A stretch of 24,436 bases of DNA, from positions 1 through 24,436 of the IMG/VR virus record IMGVR_UViG_3300020043_007930; one strand, 5' to 3'. Source of the stretch: a virus (lineage: Duplodnaviria; Caudoviricetes). Positions 5,858 to 15,821 of this stretch are shown in pieces. The notes beneath the pieces are model-generated. The model saw only the letters and a program-made list of their open reading frames with translations. It ran no database searches and had not been told where the DNA came from. Positions within the stretch are counted from its first letter, which is position 1. Each line of letters starts with the position of its first letter. A program made the translations under genes and the position numbers.

Positions 5858-8800
5858 TTATCGTAATACTTCAGTAAGTGCGAAGAAGGTTACACCGGCT
5901 AGTACTGCTGCGCCGCCTCCCGCGTAGTCTGTTGACAAAATCCCTATATTGGCGTCTTCCGTTTTGAAATAGTATTCAACGTAGTCATTAACTGTGTAAA
6001 GATGCGTTTTTGGCAAAAGTGCGACTGACGCAATGGAAGAAGCGGCGGGAGATGATTGGCGATTGGCAGATGATGAAATTCTCGTTCCGGCTGTGCCGTT
6101 TTTGTATAAAACGACATTGTAATATTTTTGATCTGCGACGCCGGTCGTGCCTGGGGCGTAACCGCCTGCCGCTTGGTAATATCCTGCTCGTCGGATGTTG
6201 AAGCGGTCATTTGTGAGGTCGCCCATGTTACCGATGTTTGTTTCAAGATTGTTCCATGCGGGCTTGGTGTCGGTGGCGGCGCTGTGTGTTGTGTTTGCGC
6301 TGCCGCCTCCGGTGATGGTCATTACTCCTTTGCATGGGATACGTCCATCATAGGCGACTTGCCAATTTGTAGATGATGTGGCGACGAATTTTACAACTTC
6401 GCCTGAAATGAATAGGCGTGACCATTCCGTTGCCGCGCTCCCTCCGTTGATAGTAACGGTTGACGCGCCTTTGATGATCAGCTCGTAGGTATCATCGCCT
6501 GTGGTGATGTGGATTTCGATTTCATCTCCGGCTGTTGCGGTGGGGAGTGTGATGTTTCTATCCGCGGTCAAGCCTGAGATGTTGAGGAAGTAACGCGTCC
6601 ATATTGCGCCGGTGATGTCTGCGGTGGTGGGGGATTGGGTGGAGTTTGTGAAGATGCGTGGATAGAGTGTATCTGTGTACGTTTTGAGATCGATCCATCC
6701 GAGATTGCGGCGCACGTAGTAGATGCCGTCGTTCGCCGCGTCTGCGAAGATGCCGAGGATGGTGATAACTTGCGCGAGTGTTTTCTTTATCCAATTTCCT
6801 GAACCATCGCCGACTTGAAAATCGTTAGCCGCCGTGGTGGCGGGTGCGCTTCCTAGCGTGAGATCGTCCACGGCTTCGGCGAAGGCTTGCAGGTTATTGA
6901 CCGAGGGCGTGAGATTGCCGTCAAAGCCGGAGGAAACCAGCGGGGTATATGCCGCGACCCGTTCGATGGTCGAGGGCAGCGAGCCGCCTTCCACGCTATC
7001 AAAGAGAGCGAGCGAGCGGATTTCCTGATACCACGCCGGGGATTTGGTCGAGTCGAATACCTCAATGATCGTCACCATCGCGTCGATGGGGAGGGTCGGG
7101 TCGAGAGTCCATGATGGTTCGAAATGGATACGGTCGCCGTCTGTGATGTCGAGACGCAAGGGCGCTTTTTGCAGGAAGAATTTATAGAATGGGTCGGTGT
7201 TCGTGGCAGGAGCCGAGGCTGTGCTTTCTAGATAGCCGAGGTTCCATGCAGGATACGAGGTATCGCCTTCCGTATTGACCGCGCTGGATTCATCGCGCGA
7301 AATGTAATGCACGGTGTTGGTTCCGTGCAGAATTGAGGATGTTGGACCATCGAGGTACGAGAGAGAATAGTCCGCCTGGACTGTGAGAATTTGCCAGTTG
7401 ATTCCATCGGTCGAGGACGCGATGCGGTTATCTCCCTCGGAAGAAACCGCGATGAACTGCGCGAGGTCGTCCGCCCAGGTCACGGCTTGCCATGCTTGAT
7501 CGGCGGGCGCTGTGCGCGAAGTCCATGTAATCCCATCGGGAGAAGTAGTGGCGAGGTTATCTCCCATCGCGAGGAACAGGTCAAGAGTGGGGGAGTAGGC
7601 GAGCGCGGTGTACGCGCCTGCGGGGATGGTGCGCTCTGTCCATGTGATACCGTCCGGCGAGGTGGCGCATTTGGACGCGCCGACGGCGACGAAAAGAGAG
7701 TCCGCGTAGATGATTTTGTTATAGGTTCCGGCGGGGATGGTGCGGCTTGTCCATGATGAGCCGTTGGTGGATGTGTACGCGCTGTCTACTCCGACGGCGG
7801 CGAGTGTTCCGGTTAGTGACGTAATCGATGTGAATGATAGATTTACTCCATCACTTGTCATTATTCGATTTGTTCCTGCTGATGAGGTCGCACAGAAAGT
7901 TAGTATGCTTGGAGCCCAGCAAATTCCTTGCCAATAAGTTGCCCCTGTAGCTGGTGTTCTGTTTGTCCAAGTAATTCCATCGGGCGATGACTGTAGGTTC
8001 CCAGAGCCTACTGTGTAAAACAGCGAGAGTTCAGGAGCCCAACAAATTGCGTAAAACGGTATGCTGCTTGCGGGTGTTCTGGTTGTCCAACTTGTTCCAT
8101 TTGTAGATGTCATAATTTGACCGGTCGCGCCGTACGTTGTGTATCCGACCGCTACGAAGATGTTTAGTTCTGGCGACCATACAACGCTTGTCCATTCAGA
8201 TAATTGACTGGCTGATCTAGCCGTCCAACTAGTTCCGTTTGCGGATGTCATTACACGGTTTGAGCCATTTAGCGATACTGCTACAAATAGGAGTAATGCT
8301 GGTGACCAACACACTGCATACCACGAGTTGCTTTGTGCTGGTGATTGGGCTGTCCATGATACACCATCTGTTGAGGTAGCGACTGCGTCTCCGCCGACGG
8401 CGACAAAGAGGGATAATTCCGGCGACCAACATATTGCGCGATATTCTTTTGACTCTGGCGCTGTTCTTGCTGTCCAAGTAATTCCATTAGGTGATGTGAC
8501 GATTTGCTCTGTATCACCTGTTCCGCCGACGGCGACAAACAGGGATAATTCTGGCGACCAACACACTCCCCATAAATCAGAGGTATTAGCTGGTTCCGTT
8601 CGAGTTGTCCATGTGATACCGTCTGACGACGTTGCTATTTTGCCAGGCGTAGAATTTGCTACGGCGACAAAGAGGGATAATTCCGGCGACCAGCACACTG
8701 CCTGCCACGCTTCTGCGTCGGGCGATTGAGCTGTCCAAGTATGATCGTATGTATTTTGATAAGTGACTGTCCATGTCGTGCCGTTCGCGCTGGTGGCGGT

Positions 8801-9700
8801 GGCTCCTGATCGTACCGCCACAAAGAGCGCGAGAGTCACGTCCCATGTGATGCTGGTCCAGTTTCCGCTCCCTATTGTTCGCGTCGTCCATGTCGCTCCA
8901 TCGGGTGAGGACATGGCGACGCCGTCGCCGACGGCGACGAATAGATCGAGGGTGGGTGAGTACGCGACGGCATTTGTGAAGTGCGGCGCGTCGGTTTTGG
9001 TGTAGGCGAGTCCGTCCGCTGACCGCGCGATCTCATGGCTTCCGCTTGAAGCGGCGAGGATGAGGGTAGAGTCATTGTAAATAATGTCTTTCCACGCGCT
9101 CTGCTCCGCGGTGGCGTGATAAAAGACAAGTTCTTTCGGACTGCGCTCGTAGCATTGAATGAGGTACTTTTGCCGGATGAGATTTAGAAAACGCTCGGCT
9201 TTGTTGAGAATGACCTGCTTTCCGGCGGGCAGAAATTGATAACTAAGCCATGCCGCGCCGGTGTCTTTGAAAACGGCGGTCTTGCCGATCTCGGTACAAA
9301 AGGCGGTAATGACATTCTCGTAAGTGTTGTCTCCGTCGATAACAATTTTTTGGTCGGGAAAGGATGAGCCTTTGATATTGATACGTCCGGCTTTTTCCTC
9401 GAATTTACTGACGAAGTACAAGCCGGATTGCGTGACATATTCCATGCCAGAGATAGAGACTCCGCGTTCGATGAGGAAAACCGTAAAATCTGAGACGGTG
9501 TAATCGTTTGTCTCTGAAATGAGAGCGGCTTCCGCTTCCGTCCCTTCGATCTTGAATTTATTGGTTTGCCATGTCCGCTCTGGCACGGTGGGCGCGAGAT
9601 TGTACGCGGCGAGGTCTGCCCAGGTCTTGACCCTGAGAATGGTTTCGCCTTGTTGATTTGCAATGGCATCAAGCAGGGTTTGAGAGACAGTCCGCGACAT
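5858..9700 (-). CDS. Tail/receptor-binding protein: hub-like N-terminus, beta-propeller (SxDGxxW) repeats, foldon-like motif, C1q-like C-terminal head
   Basis: ~14 'S.DG.TW' repeats; 'DAANDGIYYVRRNLGW' resembles the fibritin foldon; last gene of the morphogenesis operon. Confidence 0.85.
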   Translation of the reverse strand: MSRTVSQTLLDAIANQQGETILRVKTWADLAAYNLAPTVPERTWQTNKFKIEGTEAEAALISETNDYTVSDFTVFLIERGVSISGMEYVTQSGLYFVSKFEEKAGRINIKGSSFPDQKIVIDGDNTYENVITAFCTEIGKTAVFKDTGAAWLSYQFLPAGKQVILNKAERFLNLIRQKYLIQCYERSPKELVFYHATAEQSAWKDIIYNDSTLILAASSGSHEIARSADGLAYTKTDAPHFTNAVAYSPTLDLFVAVGDGVAMSSPDGATWTTRTIGSGNWTSITWDVTLALFVAVRSGATATSANGTTWTVTYQNTYDHTWTAQSPDAEAWQAVCWSPELSLFVAVANSTPGKIATSSDGITWTTRTEPANTSDLWGVCWSPELSLFVAVGGTGDTEQIVTSPNGITWTARTAPESKEYRAICWSPELSLFVAVGGDAVATSTDGVSWTAQSPAQSNSWYAVCWSPALLLFVAVSLNGSNRVMTSANGTSWTARSASQLSEWTSVVWSPELNIFVAVGYTTYGATGQIMTSTNGTSWTTRTPASSIPFYAICWAPELSLFYTVGSGNLQSSPDGITWTNRTPATGATYWQGICWAPSILTFCATSSAGTNRIMTSDGVNLSFTSITSLTGTLAAVGVDSAYTSTNGSSWTSRTIPAGTYNKIIYADSLFVAVGASKCATSPDGITWTERTIPAGAYTALAYSPTLDLFLAMGDNLATTSPDGITWTSRTAPADQAWQAVTWADDLAQFIAVSSEGDNRIASSTDGINWQILTVQADYSLSYLDGPTSSILHGTNTVHYISRDESSAVNTEGDTSYPAWNLGYLESTASAPATNTDPFYKFFLQKAPLRLDITDGDRIHFEPSWTLDPTLPIDAMVTIIEVFDSTKSPAWYQEIRSLALFDSVEGGSLPSTIERVAAYTPLVSSGFDGNLTPSVNNLQAFAEAVDDLTLGSAPATTAANDFQVGDGSGNWIKKTLAQVITILGIFADAANDGIYYVRRNLGWIDLKTYTDTLYPRIFTNSTQSPTTADITGAIWTRYFLNISGLTADRNITLPTATAGDEIEIHITTGDDTYELIIKGASTVTINGGSAATEWSRLFISGEVVKFVATSSTNWQVAYDGRIPCKGVMTITGGGSANTTHSAATDTKPAWNNLETNIGNMGDLTNDRFNIRRAGYYQAAGGYAPGTTGVADQKYYNVVLYKNGTAGTRISSSANRQSSPAASSIASVALLPKTHLYTVNDYVEYYFKTEDANIGILSTDYAGGGAAVLAGVTFFALTEVLR

Positions 9701-10345
9701 TTATATATTCCAGTTGTGATATTCGTCATTCCATGCCGCTGTGTTCGGCTCACTGACAGGCGAGCGGCGGTCTCGAATGTACGCAGAGAGACTAAGTTCG
9801 TATGCCGCGCGGAAGTGAGACATTACCTCGCGGTAATTGTCTGAGACTTGCTGTTGAAGGTTGATCGTTTCGATGCGTGAAGCGGCGCGGAAGGCGATAG
9901 CCTCCGCACATGCGCCGTCCACGATGATTTGATCGAGGCGGGCGGATGGGGTGCTGCTGGTTTCAGAGTCCAGTCCGCTGATCGTATGCGGGATGGTATA
10001 GCGGGCGAGTAATTCGCCCGATGAGAGCGCGGTGCGAAGCCGGAAGAAAAGGCGTTCGTCCTCGCTGTAGGCGTCGTAGAGCAGAGGCGTATGATCTTCG
10101 CCGTCCTCGTCCCATTCGAGAACGTCGAGAATGGACATCGCGCGCGCGTCTTCGTCGGTGAGTTCGTATTCTTTTTGATTGGCGATAACGTCAATGCGCG
10201 TCCCTGCATTGATCGGGGCACGTTCGTTGACGTTCTTTAGGCAAGCGCGAAGCGCGGCGGTGCATGTCGCCGTCGTGAAGCGCGTCCCATCGTCGATGAG
10301 TTGCGCCTGGACGCGCGCGATAAGTTGGGTGAGGGTGTCGGTCAT
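9701..10345 (-). CDS. Putative head-tail adaptor/connector
   Basis: Position after capsid genes; start MTDTLTQL with SD AAGGA. Confidence 0.6.
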   Translation of the reverse strand: MTDTLTQLIARVQAQLIDDGTRFTTATCTAALRACLKNVNERAPINAGTRIDVIANQKEYELTDEDARAMSILDVLEWDEDGEDHTPLLYDAYSEDERLFFRLRTALSSGELLARYTIPHTISGLDSETSSTPSARLDQIIVDGACAEAIAFRAASRIETINLQQQVSDNYREVMSHFRAAYELSLSAYIRDRRSPVSEPNTAAWNDEYHNWNI

Positions 10346-10368
10346 GGGATTTTCCTTGTGGATCCGCA

Positions 10369-10481
10369 ATCGCTATTTTTGGCGATAACCGATCGTGCAT
10401 GATCATATCGTTGTTTTTGGCGATAGCGGCAGCCGCTATCGCCGTTTATGTTGGTGCTTCAGTCACGTTAGAAATGGCGAT
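10369..10481. repeat. Cluster of four 18-bp ATCGYYA-N4-TRRCGAT palindromes
   Basis: Copies at 10369, 10407, 10438, 10464; perfect hairpin 10419-10443. Confidence 0.8.
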
Positions 10482-10536
10482 GGTGGCCGTGGACGTGGCG
10501 CGTGTTGGTGGCACCACGTCCACGGTTGGAGGAGAA

Positions 10537-10809
10537 TTAGTTACGGATACCGCTGATCTTGGTGGCGATCTTCATGACGACGTCATATCCACCTGCGGCG
10601 GCGATGGTGAGAATGACGGTGTTCAACAGCACGTCGATGAAGGGGGCAACGGGCGGGAAGGCGGCGCTTACCAGCGGCGCAAATCCGAAGATGAGCGCGA
10701 CGACGAAGGCGGCGGTGAGTGCCTTATTGCCTTTGAGGTTGAATTGGGTGGTGAAGAACGCGGTCAGGGCAACGATGAACCCGACTGTTCCAATGGTGGG
10801 GAGTTCCAT
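10537..10809 (-). CDS. Holin-like 3-TM protein
   Basis: 90 aa, three hydrophobic helices, 'AAAGGYD' motif, basic C-terminus. Confidence 0.6.
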   Translation of the reverse strand: MELPTIGTVGFIVALTAFFTTQFNLKGNKALTAAFVVALIFGFAPLVSAAFPPVAPFIDVLLNTVILTIAAAGGYDVVMKIATKISGIRN

Positions 10810-10812
10810 GAT

Positions 10813-11070
10813 TTAGCTCTCTTTCTTGATCTTCCGCGCCTTTGGCGCGGTTTCAGAGGGAGCGGACGGCTGGGGGTCGCTGTCCGCGACGGTGCCGACG
10901 CCATCGGTTTCCTTAGGGGAAAGGGTTTCGATGGCGAGTTTGAGTTGGCTTTCGGTCAAGGTCAGTTTAGGACCGCTTTCGAGAACAAAGGTGATTTCTT
11001 TGCCCGTAATGCGATGGGCGATCACCTTTGTCTTTTTGAGTTTGGCGTATTCCTGCGCGAGGAAGAGCAT
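10813..11070 (-). CDS. Hypothetical virion-region protein
   Basis: 85-aa ORF tightly coupled in the operon. Confidence 0.7.
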   Translation of the reverse strand: MLFLAQEYAKLKKTKVIAHRITGKEITFVLESGPKLTLTESQLKLAIETLSPKETDGVGTVADSDPQPSAPSETAPKARKIKKES

Positions 11071-11071
11071 A

Positions 11072-11725
11072 TTACAGTCTCACAGTCAGGGAAACGTTTG
11101 CGCCGAATTCGTCGATCACGCCAGCGGCAGAACCATCCCAGACAACTTCCATGAAGTAATACTCGGCATCGCCGTCAATCCAGAAGGGAGTGGAGGGCGT
11201 AAGCGTCATTTTATGTTCGTCTGTGTCGATGCGCTCGGCTGCGGAGTCGTGTCCGCTGTCGTAGGTGGTGGTGACTTCGGCGACGGTCAAAAGAGAACCG
11301 TCTGCGCCAAGCGTGGCTTTGTAGAGATGGGCTTCCATTGCGTCGATGGCAGCAGATGAAATACGGAAATGAAAATCAATCGCCTTGACGTAAGCGCCTT
11401 TGAGTCCGCCGGTGTTCGCAAGCAGATTGCCGAGCGGGATGTAAGTCACGGCGGCGGCGTCTGCGGCGGTGCGGCGGGTGTACCAAACATTCGATGCAAC
11501 CGAAGCGGTCCAAGTCCCTGCGCTATGCGCGAATTGGGTAAATGGGATCCAGACATAGATTGCGGCATCGTGAACGTATCCGCCGAGTTCGGTGCTGTAG
11601 CGGTTTGCGATCTTATACCAACGCTCGATACTGCGGACAGTGCCCATAATGACGGCGGGGGTGAGCAGGTAGCGGAATACCAATGCGCCTGCGATAGCCA
11701 GAAGAACGAAAAGTAAGATGTTCAT
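11072..11725 (-). CDS. Putative capsid decoration/structural protein with N-terminal hydrophobic segment
   Basis: SD AAAGGAG before ATG 11725; beta-rich; directly after the capsid gene. Confidence 0.65.
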   Translation of the reverse strand: MNILLFVLLAIAGALVFRYLLTPAVIMGTVRSIERWYKIANRYSTELGGYVHDAAIYVWIPFTQFAHSAGTWTASVASNVWYTRRTAADAAAVTYIPLGNLLANTGGLKGAYVKAIDFHFRISSAAIDAMEAHLYKATLGADGSLLTVAEVTTTYDSGHDSAAERIDTDEHKMTLTPSTPFWIDGDAEYYFMEVVWDGSAAGVIDEFGANVSLTVRL

Positions 11726-11756
11726 GCGGAGTCTCCTTTGAAGACTTTTTCTAAGT

Positions 11757-11781
11757 CCCTGCGGGCTATTCACCCGCAGGG
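11757..11781 (-). terminator. Hairpin after major capsid gene
   Basis: CCCTGCGGG-ctattca-CCCGCAGGG. Confidence 0.55.
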
Positions 11782-11789
11782 TTGATACA

Positions 11790-13982
11790 TTAGGTGACGT
11801 TGTTCTTGTGGAGCGGAAGATCGTCCGCGACGCCCACGGTCACGAATTGGCGGACCTTGAGGCGGCTTTCGTCGTTAGCGAACATGGCGGGGTCGATCTC
11901 GCTCGAAGCTGAGAAGATCTGCGGCTTGATGCCGAACAGATGTCCAAGCATGATGCCAGGGCGCAATTTTGGGTCAATCACTGCCGCCCAATCGTTGGCG
12001 TCCGTCCATTCAGGGACAGCCAACGGCGTGACACGCCCGCCCCAGCGGGGGGATTGCGTGGCAGGCACGTTCTGAGCGGGAGCATCCCAGCGCGGAACGA
12101 ACAGGGCTTCGGCTTGCGCGATCAGGTCAGCGGGAACCAGGCAGAACGAGGGTTTCAAGGCTTGGGGTTTGCCTGTGCCGTAGTACCCTGCGGCGTTCTT
12201 GACCATCAGCTTTTTCTTGTACATGGCAGTCGCTACCGCGTCCCATGCGGTGTAGTCGGTGCCAAGTGCGGTGGTGAGCAAGTTGATATGCCCGCCTGCG
12301 GTGGTCTGCGCAGTGGCATTGAACAACGCGCCTCCGTCCGTCATGGTGGGACCTGCGCCACTGTTGACGGTGAAGATCGCGGCGACCAACTCGGAAATGA
12401 GGCGGATACCGGCGAGAGCCAACTCGCGCGGCATTTGCATGAACGCGTCGAGGTCATCGTTGATCACGCTTTCCAGTGTCAACGGGACGTATCCGCCGTA
12501 CTTGGTGAAGTCCGACGTTTCCTTGATGTCGCCGATGCCGAGTTCGAGATATTCGCCACGCTCCGCCACGCTCGGGAGAGTCGCAATCGTGCCGGTGCGA
12601 ACCCAGGTGACGGTCTTCAAGTCTTTCTGCTTCTTGATCGTGACGATATGCTTCCACCAGCCGTAGGCGTCGTCAAAGTCGTCCCAAGCCTGATTGAGCA
12701 GCTTGTTCTGGACGTTCGCCACGATGCCAGGGAAGTTGGCACTCACGAGCGCGTATTCGGGGTGGTATCCGCCGGTGAAGTATTGATCGCCGGTGGCTTT
12801 GAGATAGGCGTCGCGCAAGCCTTGAAGCGCGTGAACCTTGCGGTTCTTGTCCTTCTCATCACGCTCGACTCCGAACATGTCGCCCATAGCGAGGGCGAAG
12901 TCTTCTTTCACGTCGTACATGCCGGTGATGCGTCCAGGACCTGTGATGTTGCTCGCGTCGTTGAGGGACGCGATTTCCTCGCGGGCTTCCTTGATCGCCA
13001 AGTTCAATTCATCGGCTTTGAAAACGCGCCCGCTGAACTGGCGGGAGAGTCGCTCCTGCGTTTTCGCCGGAAGTTTGGACGTGCTGAGTCCGGTGCTAAG
13101 CAGGTTTTGACACAAGGCAATGAGGGTTTCATTGCTCTGCTGTAGTTGAGCGTCCATAGCTTTCTGGCGCTCATGCTCGCCCAACAACTCGGCGGCGGCT
13201 TGCACGTTCTCTGCGAGCTGCGCTTCAATGGGGGAGGGTTCGATCTCGACGCCTTGAAGTTCTACTGTTTCCAGTACGCCCTCGGCGTTCGGGATCTCGG
13301 CTTTGAATTTCTTGCTTTTTGGTGCCATTTTGAGACCTCCTTGTCTCGTTTTTGATACGCGCGAGGCGCGTTGATCTCCGGCGTTTGCGCCGTTGATTTC
13401 AATTTTGTACTCTGTCAATATAGACAGTAGCCCTGTCCCTTCGGAGGCGGGAGTATTTACCGCTGAACATTCTTTTCCTTCGGGTTTGATCATGACAAGC
13501 AAGCAAGGTTTTTCAATATTGTTGACCTTGTATTTTCTGCCTGGCATGTGGGCGCATGAAAGCCAGTCACTATTACAGATAGAGCAAAGGACTTGCTCGG
13601 GTGGATGCCAGCCAATCGAAAAGCGGTCGATCTGTCCTTCGACGTAAGCGGTCATACCCTTGCGAGTGGTCAACCGAATGGTTTGCTCCATCTCGTTACC
13701 GTTCATTTGGCTGGTGAGAATGGTTCCATCGCGCGATTCGATGTCGTATGTGTCGTGATTTCGTAGGAACGGCAGACCTTCAAATGACTTAGCGAAGGTG
13801 TCGAGGTCTTGTTCTCGAAACTGAAATGGATTGCGTAGCGGTCCATTTTTGAATACCTTTGCGGGGAAGTCGATATATTCCATTTCGCCGCTTTCGATCT
13901 TGGCGAGCGTCTCCGCTTTGGGTGGTAGTTTAGGTCGTGATACAAGGGCGAGCGAGAAAAGGGTAGGTAATTGGCGGGGCAT
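11790..13982 (-). CDS. Prohead protease-scaffold-major capsid protein fusion (Mu gpT-like capsid domain)
   Basis: N-terminal 'LRNHD...FSIG...CSIC...CAHMPG...ECSAVNTPA' protease pattern, then coiled coil, then capsid-like 'LPSVAERGEY...INDDLDAF'. Confidence 0.88.
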   Translation of the reverse strand: MPRQLPTLFSLALVSRPKLPPKAETLAKIESGEMEYIDFPAKVFKNGPLRNPFQFREQDLDTFAKSFEGLPFLRNHDTYDIESRDGTILTSQMNGNEMEQTIRLTTRKGMTAYVEGQIDRFSIGWHPPEQVLCSICNSDWLSCAHMPGRKYKVNNIEKPCLLVMIKPEGKECSAVNTPASEGTGLLSILTEYKIEINGANAGDQRASRVSKTRQGGLKMAPKSKKFKAEIPNAEGVLETVELQGVEIEPSPIEAQLAENVQAAAELLGEHERQKAMDAQLQQSNETLIALCQNLLSTGLSTSKLPAKTQERLSRQFSGRVFKADELNLAIKEAREEIASLNDASNITGPGRITGMYDVKEDFALAMGDMFGVERDEKDKNRKVHALQGLRDAYLKATGDQYFTGGYHPEYALVSANFPGIVANVQNKLLNQAWDDFDDAYGWWKHIVTIKKQKDLKTVTWVRTGTIATLPSVAERGEYLELGIGDIKETSDFTKYGGYVPLTLESVINDDLDAFMQMPRELALAGIRLISELVAAIFTVNSGAGPTMTDGGALFNATAQTTAGGHINLLTTALGTDYTAWDAVATAMYKKKLMVKNAAGYYGTGKPQALKPSFCLVPADLIAQAEALFVPRWDAPAQNVPATQSPRWGGRVTPLAVPEWTDANDWAAVIDPKLRPGIMLGHLFGIKPQIFSASSEIDPAMFANDESRLKVRQFVTVGVADDLPLHKNNVT

Positions 13983-13994
13983 GGGTAGAGTCCT

Positions 13995-15359
13995 TTATTT
14001 TTCTTCCTGCGGGTCGCTGGGGTCGGTCTTTGCGTCCGCAGGGGGGGTGACGTTTTGATCTGGCTTGACGAGCGGTTTCTTCTCGATGGTGGGTGCTTTG
14101 TCGTCCCACACTTCGGCGAGCATCTTGTACGCGAGGCGCATAAACTCTTTGGAGTCGATGGCTCCGCGGTCGTAGAGTTCTGAAAGCGCGGGGTACGAAC
14201 GCGCGAACGCGAGCGCAAGCGTAGCGTTATCCCGTTCGGTGATGTCGGGTCCTTCAATCCAGATGGGCTTATTGGTGGACTTGCCCGCGACTTCGAGCGC
14301 GATCTGCGCGAGTTCGATCATCCACTCAAAGAATTCGTCTTGTTGTTCTTCCAACGTGCGGAAGGTGGGCGTCCCTGCGGCTTCGGCGGTGGTGCTGATG
14401 CTGCTCTCGCCCTCGGCGTGCCAATGCATCGGATGCCCTGCGCCGTCCATGATCATTTTCTTGATTGTGGAGCCATCTACGGACGCGTCGAAAGAGTCGA
14501 GGTTTGCCGACATGATGCCCCATTGCTCGCTTGGGTCAGTGACGAGGACCGACCCAGGCTTGGGCGGGTTCTTGTTGATCTCTGCTTGCCGCGCTCTTTT
14601 TTTTTCGGGGGTCACGTCCGCGCCTGACATTTGGACGATATACATAAAGGCATTGCGGAAGCGGTTGAGGCGTACCCGATCTTCAAGCCATGACGCATAA
14701 CGTCCGAGCCACGGCAGCATGGGGGAGATGTCCGCCTCGCCCCATGCGGAGCCGACCGGCTTATTGCTTGCGAAATGGACAATGAATTGGTCTGCTTCGC
14801 CTCTGTGTTCGTAAGAGGGGTAGGTCTTGGCTTCGATGTCTGCATCCTGCGCGATCTTGTAGGCAGTTTCCTGCTCAATATCATTGGGCAGAGTAATGAT
14901 TTCCTCGACGGACTCGGATGGGATGGCGCGCACATACAGGGTATTTGTTGCGCCGACGGTGCAAAGAACAAAGAGATTGCCGGTGCGGGTGTCTTCGTCC
15001 TTCCAGCGTTTAGTATTGGCTTTTAGTTTGTTGAGTCGGTGGTTCCACCATTCCAGCAAAAAGGCTTCGGTGTCGGGGTCGTCAGACTTGATCGTGATGC
15101 CTTTTCCGAGGATGAACGAGCGATTGATCCGAACGATGCGGCGGGCGGTGGGATTGACCCGCCATGCGCGGATCGCTTCGGTAAAAACTTCTTTGCGCTT
15201 CCAGTTGTTGCGGTCTTGGTAATAGGTGGAGATCCCGCCGGTAAAAAAGTTATTGTCCGTTTCAGGGGATGCGCCGAGGGCGATAGAGAGCGCGTCATTG
15301 AGGGCGGCGACTTCGCCTTGAAGCTGTTTGATGGTTGGCTTTTTGGTTTTGGTTGGCAT
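13995..15359 (-). CDS. Portal protein
   Basis: 454 aa between terminase and protease/capsid; 'AWRVNPTARRIV', 'GNLF', 'WGEADISP' portal-like motifs. Confidence 0.85.
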   Translation of the reverse strand: MPTKTKKPTIKQLQGEVAALNDALSIALGASPETDNNFFTGGISTYYQDRNNWKRKEVFTEAIRAWRVNPTARRIVRINRSFILGKGITIKSDDPDTEAFLLEWWNHRLNKLKANTKRWKDEDTRTGNLFVLCTVGATNTLYVRAIPSESVEEIITLPNDIEQETAYKIAQDADIEAKTYPSYEHRGEADQFIVHFASNKPVGSAWGEADISPMLPWLGRYASWLEDRVRLNRFRNAFMYIVQMSGADVTPEKKRARQAEINKNPPKPGSVLVTDPSEQWGIMSANLDSFDASVDGSTIKKMIMDGAGHPMHWHAEGESSISTTAEAAGTPTFRTLEEQQDEFFEWMIELAQIALEVAGKSTNKPIWIEGPDITERDNATLALAFARSYPALSELYDRGAIDSKEFMRLAYKMLAEVWDDKAPTIEKKPLVKPDQNVTPPADAKTDPSDPQEEK

Positions 15360-15821
15360 TTAGAATTTTCCTTGACCTACGGGGTCGCATGGGCGGTTGA
15401 AATTGGGGAATTTGGGCTGCTTGATACTGCCTGAAAGAAGATCAATCCTTTCGCTGCGGCGGTGATCAATCCTTTGAGGCTTGCGGTTGTCACGTCGTCG
15501 AAAACCGGCAAATTCTCCGGCTTTTGTGTACGCTGTCACCAAAACGACTTCGCCGGTTTGTGCTGCTATGCTTGTGAGTGCGAACGTGAAGATAGGCACA
15601 GAAAAGAACGCGGCAAAGATGGCTAATAGAAATTTTTGCGGGTCTCCGCCTCCGGTGGGCATGCGTAACTCCGTTGGGAATTGAGGCTTTTGATATTTCA
15701 TATTGCAGGACGCCCAATCTGTTTTGTTGGTAGCCTGTACGCGAATAAACTCGCGTCCCTGCGTGTCTGCCTGACGTAGCTTGATCGTGCGTTTGAGTCC
15801 TGCACCTGCGTTTACTGGCAT
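15360..15821 (-). CDS. Hypothetical single-TM protein (153 aa) between TerL and portal
   Basis: TAATG overlap with the TerL stop and TAA-ATG abutment with the portal start; hydrophobic 'FLLAIFAAFFSVPIFTFAL'. Confidence 0.65.
   Translation of the reverse strand: MPVNAGAGLKRTIKLRQADTQGREFIRVQATNKTDWASCNMKYQKPQFPTELRMPTGGGDPQKFLLAIFAAFFSVPIFTFALTSIAAQTGEVVLVTAYTKAGEFAGFRRRDNRKPQRIDHRRSERIDLLSGSIKQPKFPNFNRPCDPVGQGKF

Noticed and set aside
5858-9700. Diversity-generating retroelement target
   Set aside because: No reverse transcriptase and no TR/VR pair differing only at adenines was seen; the repeats are propeller blades
10399-13145. Long plus-strand ORFs 10399-11154 and 11940-13145
   Set aside because: These are antisense shadows of GC-rich structural genes
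15360-15821. Intron or ncRNA between terL and portal
   Set aside because: The gap is exactly filled by a translationally coupled ORF
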